Below, in pieces: positions 1 to 10,088 of a stretch of 64,000 bases of DNA. The position numbers were made by a program, and so were the translations under genes. Under the pieces are notes generated by a model, which was given only the letters and a program-made list of their open reading frames with translations, did no database searches and was not told the DNA's origin. The number at the start of each line of letters is the position of its first letter. Position 1 is the first letter of the stretch. Origin of the DNA: Anaerohalosphaeraceae bacterium (GTDB lineage Bacteria > Planctomycetota > Phycisphaerae > Sedimentisphaerales > Anaerohalosphaeraceae); NCBI GenBank assembly GCA_963675525.2, contig CAXXSL010000016.1:32001-96000 (forward strand), written 5' to 3'.

Positions 1-237
1 TACGAAGGTTATATTGCCCGGCAGGAAAAACAGATCGCCGCGTTTCGCAAACTGGAGAATATCAAGCTGGCGGAAAATCTGGATTATGAGAATATTCCGC
101 ATCTGCGGTGTGAAGCCAAAGAGAAATTATTGGCTTTTCGCCCTGCCACATTAGGTCAGGCAACCCGCCTGGGCGGCATCACCCCCGCCGATATTACCGT
201 CATCCAGATTTATTTAAAAAAAACACCTTCCTTTTAA
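1..237 (+). CDS. mnmG: tRNA uridine-5-carboxymethylaminomethyl modification enzyme MnmG (GidA), C-terminal part
   Basis: Frame +1 reads YEGYIARQEKQI...LDYENIPHLRCEAKEKLLAFRPATLGQATRLGGITPADI, the typical MnmG C-terminus; stop TAA at 235-237. Confidence 0.93.
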   Translation, partial: YEGYIARQEKQIAAFRKLENIKLAENLDYENIPHLRCEAKEKLLAFRPATLGQATRLGGITPADITVIQIYLKKTPSF

Positions 238-346
238 GATTTTTTTTGCTGTTTTAAGAATTGGTATGACATATTGCTTTTAGCTCTCAAATGATTACAA
301 TAATCAATAATATCTTAATTAAGATTTATAAATAAAGGATTCAGCG

Positions 347-1483
347 ATGAGCTTGTATACGATTATTAATTATGAATTGATGATCGGCAACCCCCTCTGG
401 CGGTTCGGAATGGTGCTGCTGGGGATTATGTTGACGATGGTGGCGGGGAAAATCATCCAGTTCTTCTGCCTGCGTTTTATCGAACGCAACCGGCAAAAAC
501 AGCGGATATTGGTCCTGATAACGATTCTCGAATCACTCATCAAGCCGCTTTATGTCGCTATATTCGCAGTGGGCTTGAATGTCTGCAAGTCGTTTATTGT
601 TTTTGACAATCCTCAGACCGAAACCGTCGAGGGTCTCCAGCCAAGCATCGAAGCGGGGTGGACCGTCTCGGTTAAGATCGTTCTGGCGTTTGCGATCGGT
701 TATGCAGTGATGAAGCTGGTAGATGTGCTGGAGATATGGCTGATGAAGGCGGCAGACCGTACGGTGACATCGCTGGACAACATGCTGGTTCCGATTCTCC
801 GCAAATCGATGCGAATCACGATTGTCCTGATTACGGTGCTTTTCATAATGGACCTCATCTTCGGACTGGAAAATATCAAATCGATCCTGGTCGGTGCCGG
901 CGTCGGCGGTTTGGCCATTGCCCTGGCCGCCAAAGAAACGATTGCGAATCTGATCGGTTCGATCACCATCTTTGCAGACCGGCCGTTTCAGATTAAGGAT
1001 TTGGTGGAACTCGACGGCTGCCTGGGGCATGTCGAAGACGTGGGTTTTCGCAGCACACGACTGCGCACCTGGGACGGGCACCTGATCACCCTGCCCAATG
1101 ACAAGGTGATTAATTCGACGATTGATAACCTGGGGGCACGTCCGGCGATTCGCCGCAAGAGCGATATCACCATTACCTACGATTCCGGCGCCGAAAAGGC
1201 CGAGCAGGCCGTCACAATCATCAAAGCCATCCTGGCCAATACGCCGGAAGTGGATGCGCATCCGCACCGCATCCCGCGCGTGCATTTTAACGAATTCAAC
1301 AGCGACTCGCTGAATATCATGATGATTTACTGGGTGACACCGCCGGAGTGGTGGCTGTATCATGAGGTGAATGAGAAAGTGAACCTGGAAATTATGCGGC
1401 GATTTCATGAGGCGGGGATCGAGTTTGCCTTCCCGACACAGACATTGTATGTTAAAAAAGATGATGCCCCGGCCAAGATTTGA
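347..1483 (+). CDS. Small-conductance mechanosensitive channel (MscS family)
   Basis: Several TM helices, then GVGGLAIALAAKETIANL...DRPFQIKD...VEDVGFRSTRLRT...GIEFAFPTQT. Confidence 0.92.
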   Translation: MSLYTIINYELMIGNPLWRFGMVLLGIMLTMVAGKIIQFFCLRFIERNRQKQRILVLITILESLIKPLYVAIFAVGLNVCKSFIVFDNPQTETVEGLQPSIEAGWTVSVKIVLAFAIGYAVMKLVDVLEIWLMKAADRTVTSLDNMLVPILRKSMRITIVLITVLFIMDLIFGLENIKSILVGAGVGGLAIALAAKETIANLIGSITIFADRPFQIKDLVELDGCLGHVEDVGFRSTRLRTWDGHLITLPNDKVINSTIDNLGARPAIRRKSDITITYDSGAEKAEQAVTIIKAILANTPEVDAHPHRIPRVHFNEFNSDSLNIMMIYWVTPPEWWLYHEVNEKVNLEIMRRFHEAGIEFAFPTQTLYVKKDDAPAKI

Positions 1484-1545
1484 TTTTTGTTGTTGACACC
1501 AAGCCGGCAAAACGCCTTTCATATAGTGCAAAGGAGTACCTGAAT

Positions 1546-2340
1546 ATGAAACGATTGAAAACATGCTGTTTAGGTCTGATAGGGATAATCATTGTTTTGT
1601 CTGCGGCCTGTACCGCATCGAAACAAATCAGCAAACCCGAATGGATCGATCTGTTCAACGGCAAAAACCTGGACGGCTGGACAGTCAAGATCGCAGGCTA
1701 TGACGCCGGCGACAATTACAAAAATACCTATCGCGTCGAAGACGGCATCCTGAAAGTCTGCTATGACGAATATGAAAAATTTGACGGCGAATTCGGTAAC
1801 CTGTTCTATCTTTTGCCTTTCTCGAATTATGTCCTGCGCATGGAGTATCGCTTCACGGGACAGCAGGTTCCCGGCGGGCCGGGGTGGGCATTTCGCAACA
1901 GCGGCGTCATGATCCACAGCCAAAGCCCCGAAAGCATGGGCAAAAGCCAAAACTTCCCGGTTTCGATCGAGGTCCAGATGCTGGGCGGTGACGGCGAAAA
2001 GCCACGCTCGACCGGCAACTTGTGTACGCCCGGCACGAATGTCGTCATAGACGGAACACTGCGCACCGAACACTGCATTTCCTCGACCTCTGAAACCTAT
2101 CACGGTGACCAGTGGGTCACGCTGGAGATTGCGGTTCGCGGCAATCGGCAGATCAAGCATATCGTCAACGGTCAGACGGTCATTACCTATTCGCAGCCTC
2201 AGCTCGATCCGAAAGACGAAGATGCCAAAAAACTGATCAAAGACGGCAAACTGCTTTTGAGCGAGGGGTATATCGCCCTGCAGGCCGAGAGCCACCCGGT
2301 CGAATTTCGCAAGGTTCAGTTACGACTTTTGGAAAATTAA
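1546..2340 (+). CDS. DUF1080 / 3-keto-disaccharide hydrolase family lipoprotein
   Basis: WIDLFNGKNLDGW, NSGVMIH, EVQM, GYIALQAESHPVEFRKV motifs; lipobox-like LSAAC; AAGGAG RBS before ATG 1546. Confidence 0.85.
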   Translation: MKRLKTCCLGLIGIIIVLSAACTASKQISKPEWIDLFNGKNLDGWTVKIAGYDAGDNYKNTYRVEDGILKVCYDEYEKFDGEFGNLFYLLPFSNYVLRMEYRFTGQQVPGGPGWAFRNSGVMIHSQSPESMGKSQNFPVSIEVQMLGGDGEKPRSTGNLCTPGTNVVIDGTLRTEHCISSTSETYHGDQWVTLEIAVRGNRQIKHIVNGQTVITYSQPQLDPKDEDAKKLIKDGKLLLSEGYIALQAESHPVEFRKVQLRLLEN

Positions 2341-2428
2341 GCTTTATCTTGAAATGCAATACGCGTAAAATTCGACCAATACAATATTGAACAGTGAACT
2401 GCGGACATGTAATAATCTTGTTTAATCA

Positions 2429-3635
2429 ATGAAAACATCCAAAGTGAATCGAGTCTTTATCAGCGCGCTGGAGCACAGCGCTGAGATGCACTGCGCTAAT
2501 CTGATGCAGGCGGTCGCGGATAAACAGGTTGCGTCCAGTGAGGTCTGGCGGGGGGCAGGAGCATGTTCGTGTTGAGTCGCTTGAACCATCCGTCGAATGG
2601 GTTGGCTTTGGCGGTGAGCGTATGGCCCAGTTAGACTGTCAACTGCTGGACAACCCCGTCAAGCGGGCGGCGATGACCTACAATGTCCTCGGCCAGCTTG
2701 GATACTACCGGCAACTCATCAAGCAGGCTAATCATTACTTTCAGCAGAATAAAGTAGATTTAGTGATCGTCTGCGATTCGCCGGCGTTTAATTTTCATAT
2801 CGCCAAAGCCGCCAAAAAGCACGGGGTTCCCGTGTTGTTCTATGTGGCCCCGCAATTGTGGGCGTGGGCGCCATGGCGTATTCATAAACTCCGGCGGTGC
2901 TGCGATAAACTGGCTTGCATTCTGCCGTTTGAAAAAGACTGGTTTGGGGCGCGCGGGATCGATGCCGAATTTGTCTCCAATCCGCTGTTCGACGAGATCA
3001 ATATTGACCTGCAGCACAATTTCAAACCGTATACCAGCTATGACCCGACAGCGCCGAAAGTCGCCCTGTTGCCGGGATCACGGGATGCAGAGATTAACAC
3101 GCTTTGGCCGGCAATGCTGGACATTGCCGCCGAACTCAAACAAAAGCATCCCGGCGTTGTCTTTACCGCCTGCGCCCCAGACGAAGAAAAGTCAGCCATG
3201 CTGAAAGACATCGCCGAAGATTATACGAACAGTGAAATTGAAATTAATTATGAAATCAATACACTGATCGAGTTGACAAAACTGGCAGATCTGGCACTTG
3301 TCGCCAGCGGCAGCGCCACCCTGCAGGTCGCGGCAGCAGGATGCCCAATGGTGGTGATGTATCAAAGCAACCGCTGGATGTGGCATCTGGTGGGACGCTG
3401 GCTGATTCGCACACGGTTTTTATCCTTGCCAAACATTTTGGCCAGTCGTCAACTCGTGCCGGAATTTATGCCCTACTTCACAAACCTTGAGCCCATCATC
3501 AAAGAGACCGAGTCATTGCTGTGCAACGCTTCAAAACTATCACAAACCAGTGGAGCCCTGATCGACCTGGTTCGTCCGCTTACTGCTCGCCGCGCCTGTG
3601 ACGCCGTTGCGAAAATCGTGCTCGGGATGCTGTGA
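2429..3635 (+). CDS. lpxB: Lipid-A-disaccharide synthase, with an apparent frameshift near 2550
   Basis: ATG 2429 frame gives the LpxB N-terminus RVFISALEHSAEMH; the second frame carries GFGGERM, DSPAFN, YVAPQLWAW, ILPFE, LLPGSR, ASGSATL. Confidence 0.88.
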
Positions 3636-3704
3636 ATCTCAATCCTTGTTCCGATGCTCATGCAAATGCAGTTTTACATCGAATCGGATTTTCAGGATAC
3701 ATTG

Positions 3705-6700
3705 TTAATCACCCCAAACATTGGCAAAAACAGCAAAATCCAGGAAGTTGACAATATCGCCCTCGTCCTTGTAGAAATCACCCGGAACATCCGGTCCGGT
3801 CTCGAGCCAATGATCAGACATGATCGCGAAATCACCAAGACCGATTGAGCCATTGCAATCAAGGTCATAGAAATTTGTCGCGATATACCCCTGATCGATC
3901 TCATCGCCAAGAACAGCCGTATAGGTTATTATATTGGGGTCAAACGTATAATTTTTCTTTGTGGGCGTCACCATCCCGGACCAGTTGTAGCCAACCCAGA
4001 CTTCATAGTATCCGTTTGGATCCGTCATATCTGAGCCGCCGCCATTGTTTGTATCGACCAGTACCCCTTGTATTGGCAATTCACAGGGATTTTCAATATA
4101 ACCTGTAATGGTATACGTCAACAAGGTACCCACATAATCCTGAACTTCTGCTGCATCCTCAATAACATTCGCATAGGTAATACCATTCGGCTCAAAAACG
4201 TAAGCGTATTTGGACGGCACAACATTACCCGAAAAATTATAGTCGACCAGCACCTCATAAAAGCCGTTGGCATCTGTTATGTCCGAGCCGCCGTAGTATT
4301 TAGCTGTGAACGGACCTCCATTGTCGTCCGGTGATACAATACACCCTCCAGTGGTGTAAGCATCTCGGAATCAACAGCATAGCCGGAAATAATAAACGTA
4401 TTCAGTACCGCGGTGTAGCCATCATTCGGATCGTCAGCAACAGTATCATACACTATACTGTTAGGCTCAAATGTATAACCTGTCTTGGATGGAGTTACAA
4501 TCCCGGACCAACCGTAATCGACAATGAGCTCATAGAAGCCATTGGGATCGGTCACGGTATTTGGTTCACTGTCACTTCCAAGAAGCACATCTGCAACGGG
4601 ACTATTGGGGTCCGGTTCAGTAATAAAGCCGAAATAACCACTTGGTTTATCGCAAAGCCGGCTACTACGTTTATATTAGCCGTGACGTTTAAATCTGTAC
4701 GCGGATTGTCGGTCGAGGCATCGGACCAGTCCACGAAGTGGTAACCCGTATCCGGCACTGCTGTTACGGCAGTTCCATTGCTGTTGTAGTCAACCACCTG
4801 CGAGGTGTCGCCGGTAAGACTTCCACCCGACCCGGCCGCATAATCAAGTGTAAAGGTGTCGACGGCAAAGTTAGCGATGACACTTATATTTGTCATTACG
4901 TTCGGATCGGTACGCGGGTTGTCGATCGAAGCATCGGACCAGTCCACGAAGTGGTAACCCGTATCCGGCACTGCCGTTACCGCAGTTCCATTGCTGTTGT
5001 AGTCAACCACCTGCGAGGTGTCGCCGGTAAGACTTCCACCCGACCCGGCCGCATAATCAAGTGTAAAGGTATCGATCGCAAAGTTGGCCCGCAATGTATA
5101 ATCACCATCCATTGTAACAGTCGTGCCGGCAAGATTTGGATCAGCGACTTTGCCCGCAGTCACACTTGTACCCGTCCAATCAACAAAATGGTAGTGCAAG
5201 TCCGGTATCGCATTGACATCAACTACAACTGCCGGACTGTACTGGAATGTTCCTTCGCCGGGTGTGCTTACAAAGCCGCCCGAAGTCGATGACACTGTTA
5301 ACGTACGCGGGGGCATAGCCAAAACATTGCCCTTAATTTCCACATCGTCAATATTCCAGCCGGAGTATTTCCATGATGAATCCGTCGGCCCAATACCCCA
5401 GCGAATATACACGGTCGCCTGATTATCCGCAATCGCAGAAATATCGATTTCCTGCAAGCTCCAGGCGGAATCCTGGATATGGCTATCGGGATTTTGCCAC
5501 ACCGTCGTCCAATTGGTTCCGTTGTTCGAAACCGCGATATAAGCATGGTCATACGTCGAGCGTTCAACGTTTAGCCACCGGTAGAAACGCAGCATTACAT
5601 TTGTCGTGTTGTTACAGTTTATCGCAGGCGTTGTTGCCCAGAGGGTGGAACCAATATTATCGACGTAATCGCCAGCCAGATTGTAGCCAACAACGTTGGC
5701 ATTTGTATAGCCGGAGGTTGGATCGGGTTCTCCGTATTCGCCGCCGGAACCTTGGGGAACACCCCATTGCCAATCGCCTTGATACGTCCAGTTGGGGTTC
5801 GTGTCCATCGTGGCGGAATAAATCACTTGCGGCGGCATCTGGACATTGATCGAAACCACAGCCGTATTGGAGTCGCCGCCGTCCGGCACGGTGCCGCCGT
5901 CATTGGTTTTAAATTGAAAACTGTCCGGGCCGGTATATTCAGAATCAGGCGTATAGACCGCCTGATTACCGTTATTAAGCAGCGTATATGGAACACTGCT
6001 GATCTGTCCTCCAAAAAGATCGCTCAAAACCCCATGGCCCGGAAGTAACGTAATGATGTAGCTCAACATCCCCGGCGGGTCGGGCAGTCCCTCATCGGTC
6101 GCATCCAGTGTCACGGTAACCGGTGTATCCGGCGATGTTGTTTCGCTCACATCAGTCGCAACCGGAGGAGTTGGAGGCTGACCGAATGTAAAACTCATCG
6201 TCGCACCGGCCGCTGAAATGCTGTGGATCTGATTATTATTGACGATGATGGTTCCATTTTGATAGGCGTCCGTATTGGGGTGGTTTCCCGGACCCGGACC
6301 GATGGATGAGATTCCCCCGCCACGATAAACATCATACCGGTCGCCGCGGTTTTGATTTTTTTCCAGGTTATAGTTTCCATCCGCCTGCAAAACAGCAACC
6401 CGATAGTGGTTTCCGTTTTCCGGCCAGCCGGCCTGTCCGGGATAGCCCTCGGTATAATAGTCTGCCTGGTCATCAATATGATAAACGCACAGTCCGCCCT
6501 GGGGAATCGCGGTTTCGATGCCGGCAGGCTGACGATTTTCGATCAGCATGTATTCACCGGAAGGGTATCCGTTATCAACACGATAGACCTGAGGGTTCGT
6601 TTCGACTTGATCGATCGTATAAATGCCGGGAGCATTGATCACCGTCGGTGTCACCCAGCCTAAGAATATCTTGCTCCACACACAGAAATGCGGCGGATGC

Positions 6701-7872
6701 AGCTGCGTGTTGTCGAATCCCCACGAGTTGGCCATCATCCCCCATGACCCGATGCCCTCGCCGGATTGATCCGTATCATACAAGTCCGGCAAGCCAAAGA
6801 AATGACCGGTCTCATGGGCGATCACCCCGAAGCGGACAATACTGGTTCCGCTGGTTCCCCACAACGCCGGTTCGGTATGATAGTTTTTTACTTTGACGCC
6901 TTCACTGCTTGTCCAATAGGGAAAAGGAACGGACCATCGATGTGACCATATCCAGTCTCCTCCGCCGCCGCCGGTTTCGGCACCATAGCCTGAGTGAATA
7001 ATGTCGATCGCATCAATATAACCGTCACCATCATCATCAAGCTGTGAAAAATCGACTAACGGATCGACCAGATACAGGGCGTCTTCAACCATCTTCTGAG
7101 CATTTAACGGGTATGTCCCTGTTCCGTCCTTACCGTTAGCATAATACGCCTCGGTGTTGGGAAGTATCACCCAGCCAACAACGGTACTTTGCAGCATCAT
7201 CTGGCCGTAGGAATTCTCCAGGTAAAGGTCCTTTACACTGCCGGTCGGTGCCAGTGCCGGATCGCCGCCTATCTGGTTGAACAAAATGTCGTAATCGTTC
7301 GGGTCACGTGTATGAACACCCAGCGTATGGTCGCTGAACATACAGAGGATGACAAGATTCTTAACAGTGCCGGAAGGTGGAACCGCTTGGGGAGCAGTCG
7401 CTTCACTTGTTCCGTCCAGAAGCTGCGGCTTCATCGCACGGCGAACACTGACTGGCGGCCGGATGCGTTTTTGTAATCCCCCGACTTCAGGATCGTCCCG
7501 CCCCACCGTTAACGGCGTTGGAACCAAACGATTGTTTTGATTCAATTGAGCATACGCATAGCGACCTTTGTCCCGCACAACAGTATAGCCGCGGGTATCT
7601 TCATACCAGTGAAACCACTCATCACCGCGAATATGAAGCCGGATCGCTCTGCCGTCAGGTTGCACCGAGTCAAATGCCCCAGGATCAGCAGGCATGGAAA
7701 AGAGGCATTGGTTGATCAGTAGAAAACCCGTCAAAAACAGAAGGAATCCCCCACTTTGACCAGCTTTTTTTATATGCAAACTCACCGCTCTGTCTGTAAT
7801 AGCCATAAGTACCCTGCCACTGACCCGATACTGACAATGATATGCAACTAAGCATCCCTCATATACTACCAC
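3705..7872 (-). CDS. Secreted M6-family (immune inhibitor A-like) metalloprotease with Ig-like/InlB-B-like repeats and a dockerin-like C-terminus; split into 3 ORFs by frameshifts near 4600 and 4270-4330; start uncertain
   Basis: QPDG...GDEWFHW propeptide, IIHSGYGAE, WSHRW, HETGHFFGLPDLYD zinc motif, IENRQ; ORFs 4277-4588 and 3705-4253 continue the repeat architecture and end in DLDCNGSIGLGDF...VNFLDFAVFANVW. Confidence 0.85.
4690..5085 (-). repeat. Near-identical 213-bp (71-aa) tandem duplication inside the protease gene
   Basis: GTAACCCGTATCCGGCACTG...TAATCAAGTGTAAAGGT starts at both 4741 and 4954; the peptide FTLDYAAGSGGSLTGDTSQVVDYNSNGTAVTAVPDTGYHFVDWSDAS occurs twice. Confidence 0.95.
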
Positions 7873-7949
7873 CTTAGCCCATAAATAAAAAGTAAAACTT
7901 GTCTTATTGTTAATAATCGATCTGATTTATCTTGTTTTTGCGGGATATC

Positions 7950-7983
7950 AAAAAAGACCGATGGTCCTGAAACCATCGGCCTT
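7950..7983 (-). terminator. Rho-independent terminator of tig
   Basis: Minus strand AAGGCCGATGGtttcaggaCCATCGGTCTTTTTT, just after the tig stop. Confidence 0.75.
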
Positions 7984-8011
7984 GCATTGCCATCTTTACG
8001 GTAGGTTAATC

Positions 8012-9526
8012 CTATTTCTTCTTCGATGCTTTCTTCTCGGTCACTTTTTTAGTCCGCTTGGCTTCGGTTTTCTTGCGATCCTCTTTGGCGTCATTGTCAG
8101 TTTTATCGCCTTCTTTTTTCTTGGTTGTTTTCTTGGTCGTTTTCTTTGCCGCCGCTTTCTTTGCAGGTTTTTCTGTTACGGCGTCAACATCTTTGATGGT
8201 CGCTTTTTCGAGAATCTTCTCGATGCACTTTTCTTCGCGGATCTGCAGGGTCATCTGTGCCAGCGAGCCGTCGCGTGCCAGTTCTTCCCGCATCTTTTCA
8301 GGCCGGCGTCCGCGCATCGCCGCGGCGTAAGCAATCTGACCGTTGATCTCCTCTTCGGTCACTTCAACCTCGAACTTATCGGCAAGTTTGTCCATGATGA
8401 AATACATCTTGAGCTGTTCGGCGGCTTGTTCCTCAGAGCTTGCCTTAAGCTGGTCCATTTGTTCATCGACCTGTTCCTTGGCCATGCCCTGCATGAGCAT
8501 GTTGGTATACTGACGCTGCAGGATGGAAACGGATTGATCGGCCACGATATCGCTCGGCAGGTCAAAGTCGATTTTATCGCGCAGATATTCGTGAACCTGA
8601 CGGCCCATGGCGGCGCGGGCCTGTTGTTCGGCCTGGGCACTGATTTGTTCGCTAATCTTATCATGCAGATCCTTTTCGTCTTCGACACCAAGACGCTTAA
8701 AGAAATCGTCGTTCATTTCAGCCGGTTCCAGGGTCTTGACTTCCTTAACCTCAATGGTCAGGTCGATCTTTTTTCCGCGGAGCTCTTCTTTATAAAAGGT
8801 TTCCGGAATCTCGACGGTGGTTTTCTTCTCATCGCCGTGCTTGGCGCCCTTGAGCAGTTTGTCGAGGGATTCAACCGGCACGCCTGCGACAAAACCGGTC
8901 TTGCGAACAGAAATCTCGATATTTTCACGTTTATCGTGATCCGCGGCACCCTCGGTTACGAGGACGACATCTGCAACAATTTGGTCATCTTCTGCCGCCC
9001 CGCCTTTTTCCTTGGGCGTCCAGACGCCGGCACGTTTACGCAAAGCGTTGACTTCCTCGTCCACCCGCTCATCGGTAACTTCGATCTTCGGCTTTTCGAT
9101 CTTAATGCCTTCCAGATCGGGCAGCTCAAATTCCGGCCGGACTTCCACCTCAAATTCGACTTTCATCGGGCCTTCCTCCGGCAGTTCGATCTTTTCGTGA
9201 TCGATGTCCGGCTCGCCCAGTGTATTGATCTCATTATCCTTGATGGCTTCGTCACTGGCCGCCACCAAAAGTTCCAGTTTGACCTGTTTGCCGACATCGG
9301 TGCCGAATCGTTTTTCCAGAAGGCGGATTGGAGCCCGGCCTTTACGGAAACCCGGTATTTCAGCATCTCGTCGTAATTCCTGGTACTTTTCGTCCAGTTT
9401 TGCGTGGATGGCCTCAGCAGGAATCTCGATCTCGATCTTCTTTTTGCAGGGACCGGCATCGGTGATCGTTACGACATTCTTGATTGCTTCTTTCGTTTCT
9501 TCGGTTTTTTCTTTCTTCCCAGCCAT
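8012..9526 (-). CDS. tig: Trigger factor
   Basis: IPGFRKGRAP ribosome-binding signature, FEVEVRPEFELP, Lys-rich tail. Confidence 0.95.
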   Translation of the reverse strand: MAGKKEKTEETKEAIKNVVTITDAGPCKKKIEIEIPAEAIHAKLDEKYQELRRDAEIPGFRKGRAPIRLLEKRFGTDVGKQVKLELLVAASDEAIKDNEINTLGEPDIDHEKIELPEEGPMKVEFEVEVRPEFELPDLEGIKIEKPKIEVTDERVDEEVNALRKRAGVWTPKEKGGAAEDDQIVADVVLVTEGAADHDKRENIEISVRKTGFVAGVPVESLDKLLKGAKHGDEKKTTVEIPETFYKEELRGKKIDLTIEVKEVKTLEPAEMNDDFFKRLGVEDEKDLHDKISEQISAQAEQQARAAMGRQVHEYLRDKIDFDLPSDIVADQSVSILQRQYTNMLMQGMAKEQVDEQMDQLKASSEEQAAEQLKMYFIMDKLADKFEVEVTEEEINGQIAYAAAMRGRRPEKMREELARDGSLAQMTLQIREEKCIEKILEKATIKDVDAVTEKPAKKAAAKKTTKKTTKKKEGDKTDNDAKEDRKKTEAKRTKKVTEKKASKKK

Positions 9527-9790
9527 CGCTGAACTCCTAATTATTTGAAAATTAATGATTTATGGCAATAAAAAAGGCCGACGGATCCAATCGCGACGAC
9601 CACAAGCATCCAAAAACCCGTTTCGGGCTTTCCAAACGCTTATGCGACCCACGCCAGACTATTTAGCCGATATCTCGCAAAAGCTATGTCAATGATCAAC
9701 ATATAAACAATATTATCAGGGCGGCTCCTGAGAAAGCAAACATATACAGCCGCCTATTCGCCTTTCCAGGAGCGATTTTTCCCTCCGGAA

Positions 9791-9862
9791 AGCGGGTGAT
9801 GAGATTCGAACCCACGACATTCACGTTGGCAACGTGACGCTCTACCACTGAGCTACACCCGC
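9791..9862 (-). tRNA. tRNA-Gly(GCC)
   Basis: Reverse complement GCGGGTGTAGCTCAGTGGTAGAGCGTCACGTTGCCAACGTGAATGTCGTGGGTTCGAATCTCATCACCCGCT folds as a cloverleaf with anticodon GCC. Confidence 0.97.
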
Positions 9863-9944
9863 GAAAAGAGCATTAATATACATACTTTTAATCCGATTTC
9901 AAGCACCAATCAAGCAAAATTTAACGATTTTTATACCTTCATAC

Positions 9945-10050
9945 CAATGCGGCCGTTGGACCCGCACCTTTATCTACGGCCCCGGCATCGATGAGCCAGC
10001 CTGTATAGTTATCTTGACAGACGCCAACTGGGACATATCCTCTACTATTC
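9945..10050 (+). pseudogene. Short RHS/YD-repeat protein remnant
   Basis: Frame from 9951 reads GRWTRTFIYGPGIDEPACIVI, resembling the RKFxYGPGIDEP segment that precedes RHS cores; no start and no core follow. Confidence 0.5.
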
Positions 10051-10088
10051 AGGTGGAGTTTATCCCCCCGAAAACTTCAGGTAGTTCA

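Noticed and set aside
533..2295. 343-aa and 241-aa minus-strand ORFs
   Set aside because: Antisense to mscS and the DUF1080 gene, which have clear family motifs
7907..9376. 489-aa plus-strand ORF
   Set aside because: Antisense shadow of tig; no recognisable motifs
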